Shown here in pieces: positions 62,416 to 64,000 of a stretch of 64,000 nucleotides of DNA (the first letter of the stretch is position 1; every line of letters begins with the position of its first letter). The notes beneath the pieces were generated by a model. That model was given only the letters and a program-made list of their open reading frames with translations. It searched no databases and was not told where the DNA came from. The DNA is from Mobula hypostoma (Eukaryota): assembly GCF_963921235.1 (NCBI RefSeq), contig NC_086108.1:75642001-75706000 (forward strand), read 5' to 3'. The position numbers were made by a program, and so were the translations under genes.

Positions 62416-64000
62416 AATTACCCAGACTATCCCTACTACCTTTTTTGAACAAGGGGACAACATTCACCTCCCTCCAATCCTCCAGTACCATTCCCATGGA
62501 CAACGAGGGCATGAAGATCCGAGCCAGAGGCTCAGCAATCTCTTCCCTCGCCTCGTGGAGCAGCCTGGGGAATATTCCGTCAGGCCCCAGGGACTTATCC
62601 ATCCTAATATATTTTAACAACTCCAACACCTCCTCTCCCTTAATATCAACATGCTCCAAAACATCAACCTCATTCATATTGTCCTCACTGTCATCAAGTT
62701 CCCTCTCATTGGTGAATACCGAAGAGAAGTATTCATTGAGGACCTCGCTCACTTCCACAGCCTCCAGGCACATGTTCCTACCTTTATCTCTAATCGGTCC
62801 TACCTTTCCTCCTGTCATCCTTTTGTTCTTCACATAATTGAAGAATGCCTTGGGGTTTTCCTTTACCCTACTCACCAAGGCCTTCTCATGCCCCCTTCTT
62901 GCTCTCCTCAGCCCCTTCCTTGCTGCCTTATATTCCTCAATAGACCCATCTGATCCTTGCTTCCTAAACCTCATGTATGCTGCCTTCTTCCACCTGACTA
63001 GATTTTCCACCTCACTTGTCACCTGTGGTTCCTTCACACTACCATTCTTTATCTTCCTCACCGGGATAAACTTATCCCTAACATCCAGCAAGAAATCCCT
63101 AAACATCAACCACATGTCCATAGTACATTTCCCTGCAAAAACATCACTTCAATTCACACCTGCAAGTTCCAGCCTTATAGCCTCATAATTTGCCCTTCCC
63201 CAATTAAAAATGTTCCTGTCCTCTCTGATTCTGTCCTTTTCCATGATAATGCTCTAAAGTCCAGGGAGTGGTGGTCACTGTCCCCCAGATGCTCACCCAC
63301 TGAGAAATCTGTGACCTGACCCAGTTTGTTACCTAATACTAGATCTAGTATGGCAATCCCCCTAGTCGGCCTGTCAACATACTGTGACAGGAATCCGTCC
63401 TGGACACACTTAACAAACTCTGCCCCGTCTAAACCATTGGAACTAATCAGGTGCCAATCAATATTAGGGAAGTTAAAGTTCTCCTGAGTTAAAGGACTAA
63501 AGATAAAGATTTAAAGATTAACTTCGTTTATCGCATGAAAAAATAAATATACAATGAAATATATCGTTTGCATCAAATCATATCAGGGAGGATTGTGCTG
63601 GTGGGAGGAGAGGGGGCAGCTCACAAGTGTCACCACACATCTGGTGCAACAGCATGCCCACAGCTCATTAACCCTGAACTTGTATGTCTTTGGAATGTGG
63701 TACAAGATGGTAGCACTCAGAAGAAGCACATGTTGTCCAGGAACAACATACAAACTCCTCATGGACAACGGTGGAGGTGAACCCCACTCTTACAGCTGGT
63801 CCTGTATTAAGAAGATAAGAAACAGGAGCAGGAGTCAGCCATCTGGCCTATCAAACCTGCTCTGCCATTCAATAAGATCATGGCTGACCTGACCATGGAC
63901 TTATCTCCACATACTTGCCTTTTCCCCATATCTCATAACTCTCCTACTATGCAATAACTATGTAATAATATTACACTAACTGCTATGTTACTGTGCTGGC

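Larger units (their letters stand above)
58213..63479 (-). mobile_element. CR1 LINE (APE end to 3' tail) carrying three nested insertions
   Basis: Collinear with 41062-43500 once the inserts at 58750-60751, about 60945-61218 and 61840-62415 are removed. Confidence 0.93.

Overview
Eukaryotic (vertebrate) genomic DNA. The repeat content (CR1/HER1-type LINEs with TCTATGTT tails, HE1-like SINEs, Neptune-type Penelope elements) suggests a cartilaginous fish; this is inference. Two host genes lie head-to-head. MUTYH is on the minus strand and its CDS is complete: 15 coding exons from 45901 down to 5185, all GT-AG and phase-consistent, 1581 nt / 526 aa. TOE1 is on the plus strand, with its first 5 coding exons at 52354-58189 and the rest beyond the window. 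They share a CpG-rich promoter near 51050-51550. The introns are packed with nested mobile elements: many CR1 LINEs (one full length, one with an almost intact ORF2), an L1-clade element, Penelope-like elements (PLEs), RTE, Rex1/Babar and Vingi-like fragments, tRNA-derived SINEs, and mariner, Tigger-like and hAT MITEs, several with exact target-site duplications (TSDs). The least obvious signal is a set of minimal type I hammerhead ribozyme motifs carried by the PLE termini. One of them fills almost the entire loop of a 203-bp insertion built as a perfect 61-bp hairpin flanked by a 14-bp TSD. All calls come from reading the sequence by eye; no searches were run and repeat boundaries without TSDs are approximate.
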